Origin: Alkalispirochaeta sp.
GTDB lineage: Bacteria; Spirochaetota; Spirochaetia; DSM-27196; Alkalispirochaetaceae
Assembly (NCBI GenBank): GCA_965601925.1
Contig: OZ271854.1
Location: 640,001 to 704,000 of the forward strand
Length of the DNA: 64,000 nt
Reading direction: 5' to 3'
Part shown: one piece after another, positions 10,123 through 19,689 of the stretch
Numbering within the stretch: position 1 is the first letter of the stretch
How the letters are laid out: every line of letters starts with the position of its first letter
The notes under the pieces: generated by a model
Databases searched by the model: none
Told to the model about the DNA's origin: nothing
What the model saw: only the letters and a program-made list of their open reading frames with translations
Translations under genes and position numbers: made by a program

Positions 10123-11398
10123 GTGACGCTATCGATCGCGCCGAGCCGCCTGAGCGTGCGGCCGCCGTATGTGCAGTCGGTGAGGGAATGTGAATCGCGA
10201 TACCGGCGCCGTGGCACCCGGTGGGCGCCGAAACGCTCCCGTGAAGTTGGTCGACCAACGCATCGACCAGGTATCCGCCGTGGGCCGAGACGCGTTGTGC
10301 GAATGCATACGCCCGGCTCTCGTCCGCTTTCCCGCAAAACGTGAGGGTCGCGTCGGACTTCGAAGCGGAAAATGTAAGCGAGCAACGGCCGGGTCTCTCG
10401 GCCTCACGGTGTACTACGCGCCATGTGCGTAGAACCTCGTCCACGAGGAGTGCAATCGGGCCGGCGGCGTCGAAACCGATCCGCACGCCGCGGGCCTCCA
10501 CCGAACACCATTGATGGGCGCCGAACCGACCGTCCGTTGCGAGGGAGTGATCCCTGATCGTCGTAAGGAGTTCCTCGCCGTCCACCGTGGCGGCGTCGTC
10601 ATTTCCGTGGAGTAACTCGTGGGCGACGGCCAGGCAGTACACGCGCGACCGAAAGGTCTCGAGAGTCGTTCGTGCGTCGACCTCGCCGTCGGACTCGAGG
10701 TTGAGGAGGCTTGCCAGGAGTTGCAGGTTGTTCTTGACGCGATGGTGCAGCTCGCCCAGCAATCCCGCCTGTAGCTCGAGATGAAACCGCAGTAGTTCGT
10801 TTGCATCGCGGACCTCGGCGTGGCGACGAAGAAGCGCAAGATGATAGGCGCGCTGCCGTGCGAACGACGCCTCGAGCCGCGTTACGAGAAAATCCGTAGC
10901 GAGCGCCAACACAGAGGATACAGCGAGAAAGTTCGTCATATGAACGGTCCACTCGACGACCGAGATAGACCATGCGAGGAGATCGCGAGAGAGCGCCCAC
11001 CCCAACACCACCGTGGCGGCGACAACTGCCGCGATGGTAACGAGAGCACCGGTACGACCCAAGAGGAGCGCACTGAAGGCGACGGCGGCGAAGAGCCACA
11101 CAATCCCCCCGCCATGCGGCCCTAACTGCACCAAAAGAAGCGTCGCGAGGACGAACGCGATTAGGATAACGCCGGCGACACGGATCATGTACGGTATGCG
11201 CTTGCCGATCCACAACACGAAAATCAACACATAGGCGGCCAGATCGATCCAAAATACGAGCCATAGGGACGCGGAGAACGAGAGCGCCAGGCTGGGGATC
11301 AAGGCGATAAGCGCCGCAACGAGGGCGATTCGCAAGCAGTAGGTGAGCAGCCGGTTACGCCAGGCATTAACGAGGGTTAGATCCGTCGTGAACGACAT
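10109..11398 (-). CDS. Multi-TM sensor histidine kinase (HisKA_2 type), no adjacent response regulator
   Basis: Several TM segments, ELHHRVKNNLQLLASLL H-box, degenerate HATPase region. Confidence 0.8.
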   Translation of the reverse strand: MSFTTDLTLVNAWRNRLLTYCLRIALVAALIALIPSLALSFSASLWLVFWIDLAAYVLIFVLWIGKRIPYMIRVAGVILIAFVLATLLLVQLGPHGGGIVWLFAAVAFSALLLGRTGALVTIAAVVAATVVLGWALSRDLLAWSISVVEWTVHMTNFLAVSSVLALATDFLVTRLEASFARQRAYHLALLRRHAEVRDANELLRFHLELQAGLLGELHHRVKNNLQLLASLLNLESDGEVDARTTLETFRSRVYCLAVAHELLHGNDDAATVDGEELLTTIRDHSLATDGRFGAHQWCSVEARGVRIGFDAAGPIALLVDEVLRTWRVVHREAERPGRCSLTFSASKSDATLTFCGKADESRAYAFAQRVSAHGGYLVDALVDQLHGSVSAPTGCHGAGIAIHIPSPTAHTAAARSGGSARSIASLIRR

Positions 11399-11531
11399 GC
11401 TTCCAACTCAGTGTATCGCACCCGGGTGCGAGAAACACTTCTTATAACGCCGAAACCGCGACGGCGCGAGGGAGACGCGAGGTCGATGCAAATGTAACGC
11501 GGCTCACCGCTATCGATTCGGTCGTTAGTCG

Positions 11532-12584
11532 TTACCGGCGGGACGCGGCGGCCGCAATCCCCTTATCTACACGATCCGCGATCGCCTGCCGCTTTTCCGG
11601 AGAGCCGAGCACACCGGCCGCGGCGTTTCGTTGCCACTCCGCTACATCGTCCGCGGTAAATCCGAACTGCCGCGTCACGCGAAAAAACTCGTCGGTGTAG
11701 GTCGTCGCGAACATCGGGGGATCGTCGGAATTGACGGTGACGACGAGTCCGCTCTCCACCAGACGCGGCAACGGATGCTCCGCCAACGACGGTACGACGC
11801 CGAGACACACGTTGCTGGACGGACACACCTCGAGAAGAATGCGCCGGGAACGCAGATACTCGACCAGCTCGGGATCCTCCAGACAGCGTACACCGTGACC
11901 GATACGCACGGCGCCCAGCTCCTCGAGGGCGCCCCAAATGCTCGCGGGCCCGTCGGTCTCGCCGGCGTGGATTACGGCGGGCACTCCGGCACGTCCGGTG
12001 ATATCAAACGCCGCCTTGAACATCTCGGGTGGAAACCCGATCTCGTAACCACCGAGCCCCATCGCCACGATCGTCTCCCCCCAACTACCCGCAAGCCACT
12101 CGGCAACGAGGACTCCCTCCTCGGGCGTGCCGGTATCGCGCGGGATATCGACGATAACGCCGAAGGAGACGTCCAACTCCCGCTCCGCCCACGCACGCGC
12201 GCGATCGAGCGCTGCGAGTTGTGCGTCAAAGGCGATGTCGTAGTTCTGATAATGGGTGAGAGCGGTAAACGTGAACTCGGTATAGACGATATTTTGAGCC
12301 GCCTGGCCCTTAATGAAGTCCTTTGCGAGCAGTTCGATATCGTCCGCCGAACGAATGCACTTGGACGAGGTGTGATAAACGTCGGCAAAGTGCGGAAAGT
12401 CCTTGAACGTGTACCACCTCGCAATCGCCTCCGGTGTATCCACCGGCAGCGCTACACCGTTTCGCCGAGCAAGCTCGAGCAGCGTCTCGGGAGGTATACT
12501 CCCCTCTAAGTGAACGTGCAACTCGACTTTGGGAATCTCTCGAATGAAGGAATCCAACTGCTGTTGTGTACGTACCGCGTCCAT
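11532..12584 (-). CDS. add: Adenosine/adenine deaminase
   Basis: PKVELHVHLEGS, HAGET, RIGHG, EVCPSSN, NSDDP. Confidence 0.93.
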   Translation of the reverse strand: MDAVRTQQQLDSFIREIPKVELHVHLEGSIPPETLLELARRNGVALPVDTPEAIARWYTFKDFPHFADVYHTSSKCIRSADDIELLAKDFIKGQAAQNIVYTEFTFTALTHYQNYDIAFDAQLAALDRARAWAERELDVSFGVIVDIPRDTGTPEEGVLVAEWLAGSWGETIVAMGLGGYEIGFPPEMFKAAFDITGRAGVPAVIHAGETDGPASIWGALEELGAVRIGHGVRCLEDPELVEYLRSRRILLEVCPSSNVCLGVVPSLAEHPLPRLVESGLVVTVNSDDPPMFATTYTDEFFRVTRQFGFTADDVAEWQRNAAAGVLGSPEKRQAIADRVDKGIAAAASRR

Positions 12585-12691
12585 GTACCACCATCATACG
12601 ACGCGGAGGTACCTCGAGCAAAGATATGCTATGCGAACACGCCCGCCGCCGATACACGCGACATGCGCCGCGTCTCCGGCGCAACCGTCGT

Positions 12692-13147
12692 TCACCGCAG
12701 CGTCAGGATGTAGTCCCAACACGCTGCCGAGACGGGCATGATCGATAGCCGATTACCGCGCCGTACAAGCGGCATCTCGGCGAGCGCCTCTTCATGGTCT
12801 TTGAGCGTATCGAGAGTAATCATAGCGTCAAACTTCTCGACAAACTCGACGTCGACGCGAAACCAGCGCGGGTTATCGGGATCGCTCTTCGCGTCGTAGT
12901 GCTTGTCCTCGGGATCGAACGCCGCAGAGTCGGGGTACGCGTCGGTGACGATTTTCATGATGCCGACGATGCCCGGCGGCTTGCTGTTGGAGTGGTAGAA
13001 AAACGCCAAATCGCCGACGCGCATGTCGTCGCGAATCATGTTACGAACCTGGTAGTTTCGAATGCCGTCCCACGGCTCAACCCCAACGCGCTGCAGATCA
13101 TCGATGCCGAACTCATCGGGTTCGGACTTCATCAGCCAATACGCCAT
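12692..13147 (-). CDS. EVE domain protein
   Basis: YWLMKSEP, WDGIRNYQVRN, GDLAFFYHS, RLSIMPV. Confidence 0.93.
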   Translation of the reverse strand: MAYWLMKSEPDEFGIDDLQRVGVEPWDGIRNYQVRNMIRDDMRVGDLAFFYHSNSKPPGIVGIMKIVTDAYPDSAAFDPEDKHYDAKSDPDNPRWFRVDVEFVEKFDAMITLDTLKDHEEALAEMPLVRRGNRLSIMPVSAACWDYILTLR

Positions 13148-13354
13148 ACACTTCCTCATATGCCCGGCGAAAACCGAGCCGTGCTTTTCCGCCAGAAGGT
13201 ACACGAATCGGACCGAAAACGACAATTACACGAAACGAGGGAGGCGGTCCGGACGCACCCGCGGTGCCGGCCGGGATGTTCTCCGTCATACCGGCCCGCC
13301 GATTCCGCCGCGGAGCCGCTCCGGATGCGCCATTCGGTGTAGTATGACGGCACA

Positions 13355-13385
13355 GGAAACCGCGCGGCGGTTCTCTCGTCGTAAT
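13355..13385 (+). promoter_or_regulatory. Putative ECF-sigma promoter (autoregulatory) upstream of the sigZ-like gene
   Basis: GGAAAC-N16-CGTCGTAAT; matches the generic ECF AAC/CGT pattern and the motif upstream of arsM. Confidence 0.6.
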
Positions 13386-13400
13386 GAATGAGGACAACGA

Positions 13401-14012
13401 ATGGAAGAGCTGTATCGAGAACTACACGACGCCGTGTTTCGGTACGTACGCCGACATATTGACTCGGACGAGACTGCCGAAGACATAACTCACGACATCT
13501 TTCTTAAGCTTCTTATCGCATTTCGCGACGGCGACGCGATTCGGAATGCCGGAGCGTTTCTCTTTCGCGCCGCAAAACACCGTATCATCGATTACTATCG
13601 TACCCGACGAGTCGGAGAACCGTACACGGAGATCGGCGACGACGTTGACGATCGTCGTCGCGACGAGATTGGTAGGATCGAGATTGCAAGCTGGATGCGC
13701 GGCACGATCGCAGCGTTGAGTGAGCCGTATCGCACCACTCTATTGATGACCGATATCGACCGCCTCCCGTACGGCGAGGTCGCACGCCGCCTCGATCTCA
13801 CGCCCTCGGGGGTGAAAAGCCGCGTCCGGCGCGGACGAGCGATGATGCGAGAGCGTCTTCTGGCGTGTTGTCGCTTTGTGTTCGACGCGAGAGGCCGCGT
13901 CGTGGACTACGAGTCCATTGCGTGGAGAGCCCGAAGGGGACGCCGCGAGTGCGCAGCGGAAGGAACGACACCGACCATCCGTGAATCGTGTGGGTGCAAC
14001 ACGTCTCAATGA
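13401..14012 (+). CDS. sigZ: ECF sigma-70 factor, SigZ-like, with Cys-rich C-terminal tail
   Basis: AEDITHDIFLK, IIDYYR, GVKSRVRRGR regions 2 and 4; ACCRFVFDARGRVVDY SigZ-type motif; tail with C and CGC. Confidence 0.85.
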   Translation: MEELYRELHDAVFRYVRRHIDSDETAEDITHDIFLKLLIAFRDGDAIRNAGAFLFRAAKHRIIDYYRTRRVGEPYTEIGDDVDDRRRDEIGRIEIASWMRGTIAALSEPYRTTLLMTDIDRLPYGEVARRLDLTPSGVKSRVRRGRAMMRERLLACCRFVFDARGRVVDYESIAWRARRGRRECAAEGTTPTIRESCGCNTSQ

Positions 14013-14384
14013 GAGACGTGACGCCGGATCACCTTCGATGAAGATCAACACATAGGTACCGGCGAATAGACCGTTGCGCGCAAAGACAGATTGAGTCACG
14101 GGACCGCAGTCGTCAGGATCGACGGGGGCGAAATCGACCGTGAGAGGAAGTTCATCGGCGAGAGCCGGTTTCGGCCGAAACCGCGACCTATCGCGGGCCG
14201 ATTACGCACGAACGGGTAGCGAATGCCGATCCGGCGGCGGCGCCTCGATTTACACGGACGCAGTGCATAAACCTCAAGGAATACACGCCGATCTATAATG
14301 AGGAACGTGCCGATCGACCGTCGGCGTGAGGCCGATACGCACGAATGGTCGGATATAGGCGCGCAGGACACTATCGTGAGCGTT

Positions 14385-15176
14385 ATGAAACTGTTGAGCC
14401 CGATCCGGCGTATCATTCGTCGATACGTCGAGATTCACGGATCACTTTTGACGAAAGGCTTGAGCTTCAGCCTCATCGTCGGAACCGTTCCCCTTCTCTT
14501 CACGCTCTTTTTAGCCGGTTCCATCCTCGTGACTCCGGAGATCGTAACGCTCTTGGAGGGGGAGCTTCTAAACTTTTTGCCCGAAGGGATACGTCGTGGG
14601 TTTCTCGCCGGAATCGAGCGGTACTCCCGTAACCCGGGCTCCCTGTCTCTGTTCACCGTCGCCTTTTTTCTCTTGGCGGTAAACAACCTCTTTTTCGACC
14701 TCTATCGTACGCTCGCAGTCGGCATCGGTTGCCGCTGGTCGCCCAAACGAGGTCGCATTGCCGCGGTGGCCGCCGGCGCGCTGCTTCTGGCCCTGCTGTA
14801 CGTCGCTGCGCTCGCCTCCGCGGCCGCGGAGCTCATAGGTCGGATCTATCCCCTTCCGACGAGGTTGATCACCTTCGGAAGTCGGTCCTTTTCGGCCCTC
14901 GTTGCCACCGGCGCCTTCTTTGCCATCTTTCGCGCCGCCGCCGGGCGACCGCTCAAGAGGGGACGCACCATAGCCATCTCGCTGGGAGCGGCGATCGTGT
15001 GGCGCGTTCTGTTTACCGCCGGCGGCGCAACGGTACGCGTCGCCGGCTCGCGCTTCGTCGCCTACGGTGTGATGGCGTGGGCGGTCGTATTTCTCACCTT
15101 CATGCGTCTTATGGCGGAGATCCTGCTCTTTTCCGCAATTCTCATACGCGAGTTCGCCGTGTCCGACGACACATAA
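14385..15176 (+). CDS. YihY/BrkB-family membrane protein
   Basis: About six TM helices; GLSFSLIVGTVPLL and AYGVMAWAVVFL resemble YihY signatures. Confidence 0.7.
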   Translation: MKLLSPIRRIIRRYVEIHGSLLTKGLSFSLIVGTVPLLFTLFLAGSILVTPEIVTLLEGELLNFLPEGIRRGFLAGIERYSRNPGSLSLFTVAFFLLAVNNLFFDLYRTLAVGIGCRWSPKRGRIAAVAAGALLLALLYVAALASAAAELIGRIYPLPTRLITFGSRSFSALVATGAFFAIFRAAAGRPLKRGRTIAISLGAAIVWRVLFTAGGATVRVAGSRFVAYGVMAWAVVFLTFMRLMAEILLFSAILIREFAVSDDT

Positions 15177-15280
15177 CCGTCCCGCACCTCGATCATCCCC
15201 TGCCGGCGACCTGTCTATCGAACATGCGGTCGCCGACGGGCCTACGCGTGCGGTCGCCCGCCGGACCGCGCGGGCCGAGC

Positions 15281-16084
15281 TTACGCAGGCGGTTTGTGCC
15301 CGCGAATGGTCGCCGATGCGACGGGATAGTTCGGCTTGTCGATGCTCTTCCACGACACATTCGAGCCGCCGATCTCCACGCCGGCCTCCTCAAAGCCGGC
15401 TACCCTGAGCATGTCGACGACCGACTCTTCGGTCTCCGCTCCACTCACGCACGATCCGTACAACGCCATGTCGGAGCGCTCTGCGTCGGTCATCGGTCGT
15501 AACGCGATGATATCGGAGATCGCTAGCCGTCCTCCCGGCTTCAGTACGCGAAACACCTCGGCAAACACCCTCCCCTTCTCGGGCGAGAGATTGACCACGC
15601 AATTCGAAATCACGACGTCCACGCTGTTATCGGAGAGTGGAAGCGCCTCGATCTCCCCGAGAACGAACGCGACGTTCTCGACCCCGCCGATACGCGCGTT
15701 ACGGCGAGCTTTCTCGACCATCTCCGGTGTCATGTCCACACCGATTACGCGTCCCGCCGGACCGACGGTGCGCGCCGCGAGAAAGACGTCGACGCCGGCA
15801 CCGCTTCCCAAATCGAGCACCGTCTCGCCGGGCGCCAACTCGGCGACGAGAGTCGGATTCCCGCATCCGAGGCCCAGATCGGCCCCTTTCGGGAGCGTGC
15901 GTATCTGATCAGCGGTATATCCTCCGCCGCACTGCGTCGAGGCACCCTCCTCGGAGGAAGATCCGCAACAAGAGACGGTCTCGCCCACCGTTTCGCAACA
16001 CGATCGGTCGTCCTCGGACTCGACGACGACCGATCGATATCGATCTCGCACGGTCGAGCGTACAGCCTTTGGTGAAACGTTCAT
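15281..16084 (-). CDS. arsM: Arsenite S-adenosylmethionine methyltransferase
   Basis: GLGCGNP, LDLGSGAGVD, GVDMTPEM, ISNCVVNLSP, GSCVSGA; N-terminal CC pairs; AAGGAG RBS. Confidence 0.9.
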   Translation of the reverse strand: MNVSPKAVRSTVRDRYRSVVVESEDDRSCCETVGETVSCCGSSSEEGASTQCGGGYTADQIRTLPKGADLGLGCGNPTLVAELAPGETVLDLGSGAGVDVFLAARTVGPAGRVIGVDMTPEMVEKARRNARIGGVENVAFVLGEIEALPLSDNSVDVVISNCVVNLSPEKGRVFAEVFRVLKPGGRLAISDIIALRPMTDAERSDMALYGSCVSGAETEESVVDMLRVAGFEEAGVEIGGSNVSWKSIDKPNYPVASATIRGHKPPA

Positions 16085-16116
16085 ACTCCACTCCTTTGTA
16101 GCGATAGTTGCATACC

Positions 16117-16148
16117 ATTACAGACGACGAGGCGGAGTGACGGTTTCA
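16117..16148 (-). promoter_or_regulatory. Putative ECF-sigma promoter upstream of arsM
   Basis: Minus strand TGAAAC-N16-CGTCTGTAAT, same architecture as 13355-13385. Confidence 0.6.
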
Positions 16149-16179
16149 CGGTGCGGGTGCACCCACGGTACGGCCGAGA

Positions 16180-16890
16180 CTAAAAGGGAAAGCCGAACAC
16201 CGGTCCCAATCCTACGGTGAACAACCAAAACCCATACACGCCGTGGAGCAGGCATAGCGACAAGAACCGTCGTGAACGCAGCCAATGGAGGGAGAAGACG
16301 TATCCACCGGCAAAGGTAAGGGCGTAGACGATCGGATGGTGCAGGATCGCATGGGCGATCGAGAACGAGACGGCGTTCAAGAGTAGCGCGAGCCATCGTC
16401 GGTCTCCCCACAGCACGCGATATCGGTCGAAAAAGACCACGCGAAACAGCGCCTCCTGCGGCGCAACCGAGCCCACGGTGTAGATGAACCAAAACAGGAG
16501 CCACCGACGCGGCGCTTCCCGGGGAGCGCTAAAGAGCAAATCGGGCCGAATCAGCGCGATCATTACTGCAGAGACGACGGCAAAGGCGAGAAACGTGATG
16601 CTGATAGCTGCGAAATCGGGCGGCAGACGACGCCGCACCCCCGACTCGGAGCGTTTGGTGCGGCCGACACGCCCGCCGCGCGACGTTTTGCGCGAGCGTC
16701 GTGCACGTATACCGACGACGGCGATCCAGACGATCGCGACCAAAAACGCCGGAACGTACCATCGGGGCCTCAAACCGGCAAGCGGGAGGGCCGGGATAAG
16801 CACATAAATGATAATGAACTCGACGGTTAGAGCGATGCGGCGGGCTGCGCGCGCTTCGTTGGTTCGAGACGCGTGTACATTATCGTTCAC
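16180..16890 (-). CDS. CPBP (CAAX/Abi) family intramembrane metalloprotease
   Basis: PQEALFR, FSIAH, LLHG motifs in multiple TM helices; GTG start approximate. Confidence 0.8.
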   Translation of the reverse strand: MNDNVHASRTNEARAARRIALTVEFIIIYVLIPALPLAGLRPRWYVPAFLVAIVWIAVVGIRARRSRKTSRGGRVGRTKRSESGVRRRLPPDFAAISITFLAFAVVSAVMIALIRPDLLFSAPREAPRRWLLFWFIYTVGSVAPQEALFRVVFFDRYRVLWGDRRWLALLLNAVSFSIAHAILHHPIVYALTFAGGYVFSLHWLRSRRFLSLCLLHGVYGFWLFTVGLGPVFGFPF

Positions 16891-16941
16891 GGTGTGGTAC
16901 CGCCTCTCTCGCGTCACAGTAGGAGTGCCATATGCGGTCCA

Positions 16942-16980
16942 TTGACTACCTCTCAAAATTAGTTGTATTGTAAAATATAT
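16942..16980 (+). promoter_or_regulatory. Sigma70-like promoter in an AT-rich patch upstream of the ABC operon
   Basis: TTGACT-N18-TATTGT followed by AAAATATAT. Confidence 0.4.
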
Positions 16981-17028
16981 CGTAAAGACGACGGTCGAGG
17001 GGCAGACCGTAACAATGGCTACGCAACA

Positions 17029-17847
17029 GTGAAAGCAAAAACAACCCGATACAACCTGCCCGCCGGCGTAAAGCGTCTTACACCGTCTACGAACTTCATC
17101 ATCGGAAGTGCCGTTGTTTCGGCGCTCATAGCGGTGTGGTGGATCATAGCGGCGCTCGAAGTTGTTCCGCGCCTGTTCGTCCCCCATCCGATGGAAGTCG
17201 TACGCGCTTTTCTCGATATTTTGATGTACGGCTATCGCGGCGGAACGCTTCTCTTTCACCTTCGTTCGAGTCTGTGGCGCGTCTTCGCAGGGTTTGCCCT
17301 CGCCGTTGTTACGGCGGTCCCCATCGGGTTATGGATGGGCCACAACCGCTTCATCTATGCCGCCTTCGATCCGATTCTACAGTTCTATCGCCCCCTGCCG
17401 CCGTTGGCCTACTACACGGTACTCATCCTGTGGCTCGGCATAGACAATGAGTCCAAGATTGCACTGCTCTATCTCGCCGCATTTCCACCGTTGGCGATCA
17501 GCGCCTCATCGGCGGTACGGAGTGTGTCCGAGGAGAAGCTCCACGCAGCGCGTTCCCTCGGCGCCGACGAGATGCAGGTGATGTGGCACGTCATCTTTCC
17601 GGCGTGTCTACCCCAGATTCTTACCGGCATGCGCGTGAGCGTCGGGTTCACCTACACCACGCTCGTCGCTTCGGAGATCGTCGCGGCTCAGTCGGGTATC
17701 GGCTGGATGGTGCTGGACGCGAGCAACTTCCTCAGGAGTGACGTCATATTCATGGGTATATTCGTAATGGGCATCACCGGGGTCCTGTTGGACCGTGGGA
17801 TCGTCCTTATCGAACGACGGCTGGTGCCGTGGAAAGGGAGAGAATAA
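17029..17847 (+). CDS. tauC: Taurine/sulfonate-type ABC transporter permease
   Basis: RPLPPLAYYTVLILWLGIDNESK, AARSLGA EAA loop, TTLVASEIVAAQSGIGWMV. Confidence 0.85.
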   Translation: MKAKTTRYNLPAGVKRLTPSTNFIIGSAVVSALIAVWWIIAALEVVPRLFVPHPMEVVRAFLDILMYGYRGGTLLFHLRSSLWRVFAGFALAVVTAVPIGLWMGHNRFIYAAFDPILQFYRPLPPLAYYTVLILWLGIDNESKIALLYLAAFPPLAISASSAVRSVSEEKLHAARSLGADEMQVMWHVIFPACLPQILTGMRVSVGFTYTTLVASEIVAAQSGIGWMVLDASNFLRSDVIFMGIFVMGITGVLLDRGIVLIERRLVPWKGRE

Positions 17848-18878
17848 TGCAACGAAAAGTCATCGCGACGATAGTCGCTGTGTGGATCGCGGCGGTAGCG
17901 GCCGCTCCGCTCATGGCCGGAGGCGGTCAAGAGGCCGACTCGGGAATGCCCGAGGAGATCGTCATCGGGTTTCAGGCGATACCGAATGCGGAGATCATCG
18001 CCAAGAACCTCGGCTGGCACGAGGAGGCGCTGGGGATTCCGATCCGTTGGGTGCAGATCGACTCCGGACGCGACTTGAATACGGCGATCGCCGCCGGCGG
18101 CATGGATCTGGGCTTGGGCGGCTCGAGCACGACGGTCGCCGCGATCGCCCAAGGCGTGCCCGGCCAAGTGTTCTGGATCTACGACATCATAGGTGAGAAC
18201 GAGGCGTTGGTGGTCCGCGAGGACTCCGATATCCGCGAGGTCGCCGATCTCGTCGGCCGGCGCGTTGCGGCACCCTTCGGGGCGACGACGCACTATCATC
18301 TCTTGGCGGCGTTTCAGGAGTTCGGCGTAGATCCGGCGACGGTTGAGATCTTCGACATGCAGCCCCCGGAGATGCTCGCGGCGTGGCAGCGGGGAGATAT
18401 CGATGCCGGGTTCGTATGGGAGCCGACCCTCGCCCAAATGCTCGAGTTCGACGGGCGCGTCCTGATATCCAGCGGGGAGCTTGCCTCTCGCGGATACGTA
18501 ACCGGCGATATCGGTCTCGTGCGTACCGCCTTTGCGGAACGCTATCCCGAGGTGGTTTCGACCTATCTCGCGACGCTCCACCGCGCCGTTCAGTTCTACA
18601 GAACCAACCCCGATGAGGCCGCAGAGGCGGTGGCGCGTGAGTTCGGTATCGAGGTCGAAGAGGCGGCCAGGCAAATGGCGAGCCTCGTATGGGTAGACGG
18701 CGAGGAACAGCTCGGCGAGGAGTATCTGGGTACGCCCGGCGCAATCGGCAATCTCGCCGACGTATTCGTGGCGACGGGGCAATTTCTCTTCGAGCAGGGA
18801 ACCATCACAAGCGCCCCCTCGCGAGCGGTATTCGAAGAGGCGATCAATCCACAGTATCTCGAGGAGGCGCTTCAATAG
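17847..18878 (+). CDS. tauA: Taurine/sulfonate-type ABC transporter substrate-binding protein
   Basis: IGENEALVVR, VAAPFGATTHYHLL, AAWQRGDIDAGFVWEP; signal peptide followed by AGGGQE. Confidence 0.85.
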   Translation: MQRKVIATIVAVWIAAVAAAPLMAGGGQEADSGMPEEIVIGFQAIPNAEIIAKNLGWHEEALGIPIRWVQIDSGRDLNTAIAAGGMDLGLGGSSTTVAAIAQGVPGQVFWIYDIIGENEALVVREDSDIREVADLVGRRVAAPFGATTHYHLLAAFQEFGVDPATVEIFDMQPPEMLAAWQRGDIDAGFVWEPTLAQMLEFDGRVLISSGELASRGYVTGDIGLVRTAFAERYPEVVSTYLATLHRAVQFYRTNPDEAAEAVAREFGIEVEEAARQMASLVWVDGEEQLGEEYLGTPGAIGNLADVFVATGQFLFEQGTITSAPSRAVFEEAINPQYLEEALQ

Positions 18879-19651
18879 CCCCTCCGCTTATCTCATTTCG
18901 CGACGCCTCGGTCGTCTTCCCTACCCGGGGAGGCGGCGTCGAGGCGCTCAAAAACATCAATCTCGAGGTACAGCCGGGAGATTTTGTGTGCGTGGTGGGG
19001 CCGTCGGGAAGCGGCAAGACGACGCTCCTGCGCCTCATTGCCGGCTTTCTCACACCGACGGGGGGCGACGTCCGCTTTCAGGGAAGCGCCATACGCGAAC
19101 CGGGGTGGGAACGCGGCGTCGTATTCCAGAGCGCGTCGCTGTATCCGTGGCTCTCGGTCTATCGCAACGTGGAGTTCGGTCCCCGGATGCGCGGCATGGC
19201 AAAGGGTGAACGCCGCGAGTCGGTCGAACGCTATCTGCGGATGGTGAAGCTGTGGGACTATCGCCATCGCCACCCGCACGAGCTCTCCGGCGGCATGCGT
19301 CAGCGCGTCGCAATCGCGCGAGTGCTCGCCAACGAGCCGCAAGTGCTCCTCATGGATGAACCGCTGGGCGCTTTGGACGCCCTGACGCGCGAGCACTTGC
19401 AAGAGGAGCTTCTGGAAATCTGGCGCTCGACGGGAAAGACCGTCGTATTAGTGACTCACAGCGTAGAGGAGGCGGTTTTTCTTGCGACCCATATCGTGGT
19501 GCTCTCCTCGCAGCCCGGTACCATTCTGGCGACGGTGTGTCCGCCCTTCAGCCGCTCCGAGACGGCCGGCCGCGGGCGCGCCATCAAGTCCGACGCGGCC
19601 TTCGTCACGCTTCGCGAAGAGGTGCTCCAGCATATCTGGACGTCTCACTGA
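18875..19651 (+). CDS. tauB: Taurine/nitrate/sulfonate ABC ATP-binding protein (probable ATA start)
   Basis: GPSGSGKT, LSGGMRQR, LLMDEP, VTHSVEEA; GAGGAGG lies 7 nt before ATA 18875. Confidence 0.88.
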   Translation: MAPPLISFRDASVVFPTRGGGVEALKNINLEVQPGDFVCVVGPSGSGKTTLLRLIAGFLTPTGGDVRFQGSAIREPGWERGVVFQSASLYPWLSVYRNVEFGPRMRGMAKGERRESVERYLRMVKLWDYRHRHPHELSGGMRQRVAIARVLANEPQVLLMDEPLGALDALTREHLQEELLEIWRSTGKTVVLVTHSVEEAVFLATHIVVLSSQPGTILATVCPPFSRSETAGRGRAIKSDAAFVTLREEVLQHIWTSH

Positions 19652-19689
19652 GGCGTCCGCTCCTTCGCCACGCACGCTGCGTTGACCTA

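Noticed and set aside
6528..13147. Schlafen, Ada, EEP, deaminase and EVE genes as one nucleic-acid defence island
   Set aside because: Mixed orientations and separate promoters, the EEP protein looks exported, and there are no mobility or known defence genes; more likely a chance neighbourhood.
14013..14384. Structured ncRNA in the 370 nt gap after the sigma gene
   Set aside because: Only short GC hairpins (for example CGGTTTCGGCCGAAACCG); no recognisable family motif.
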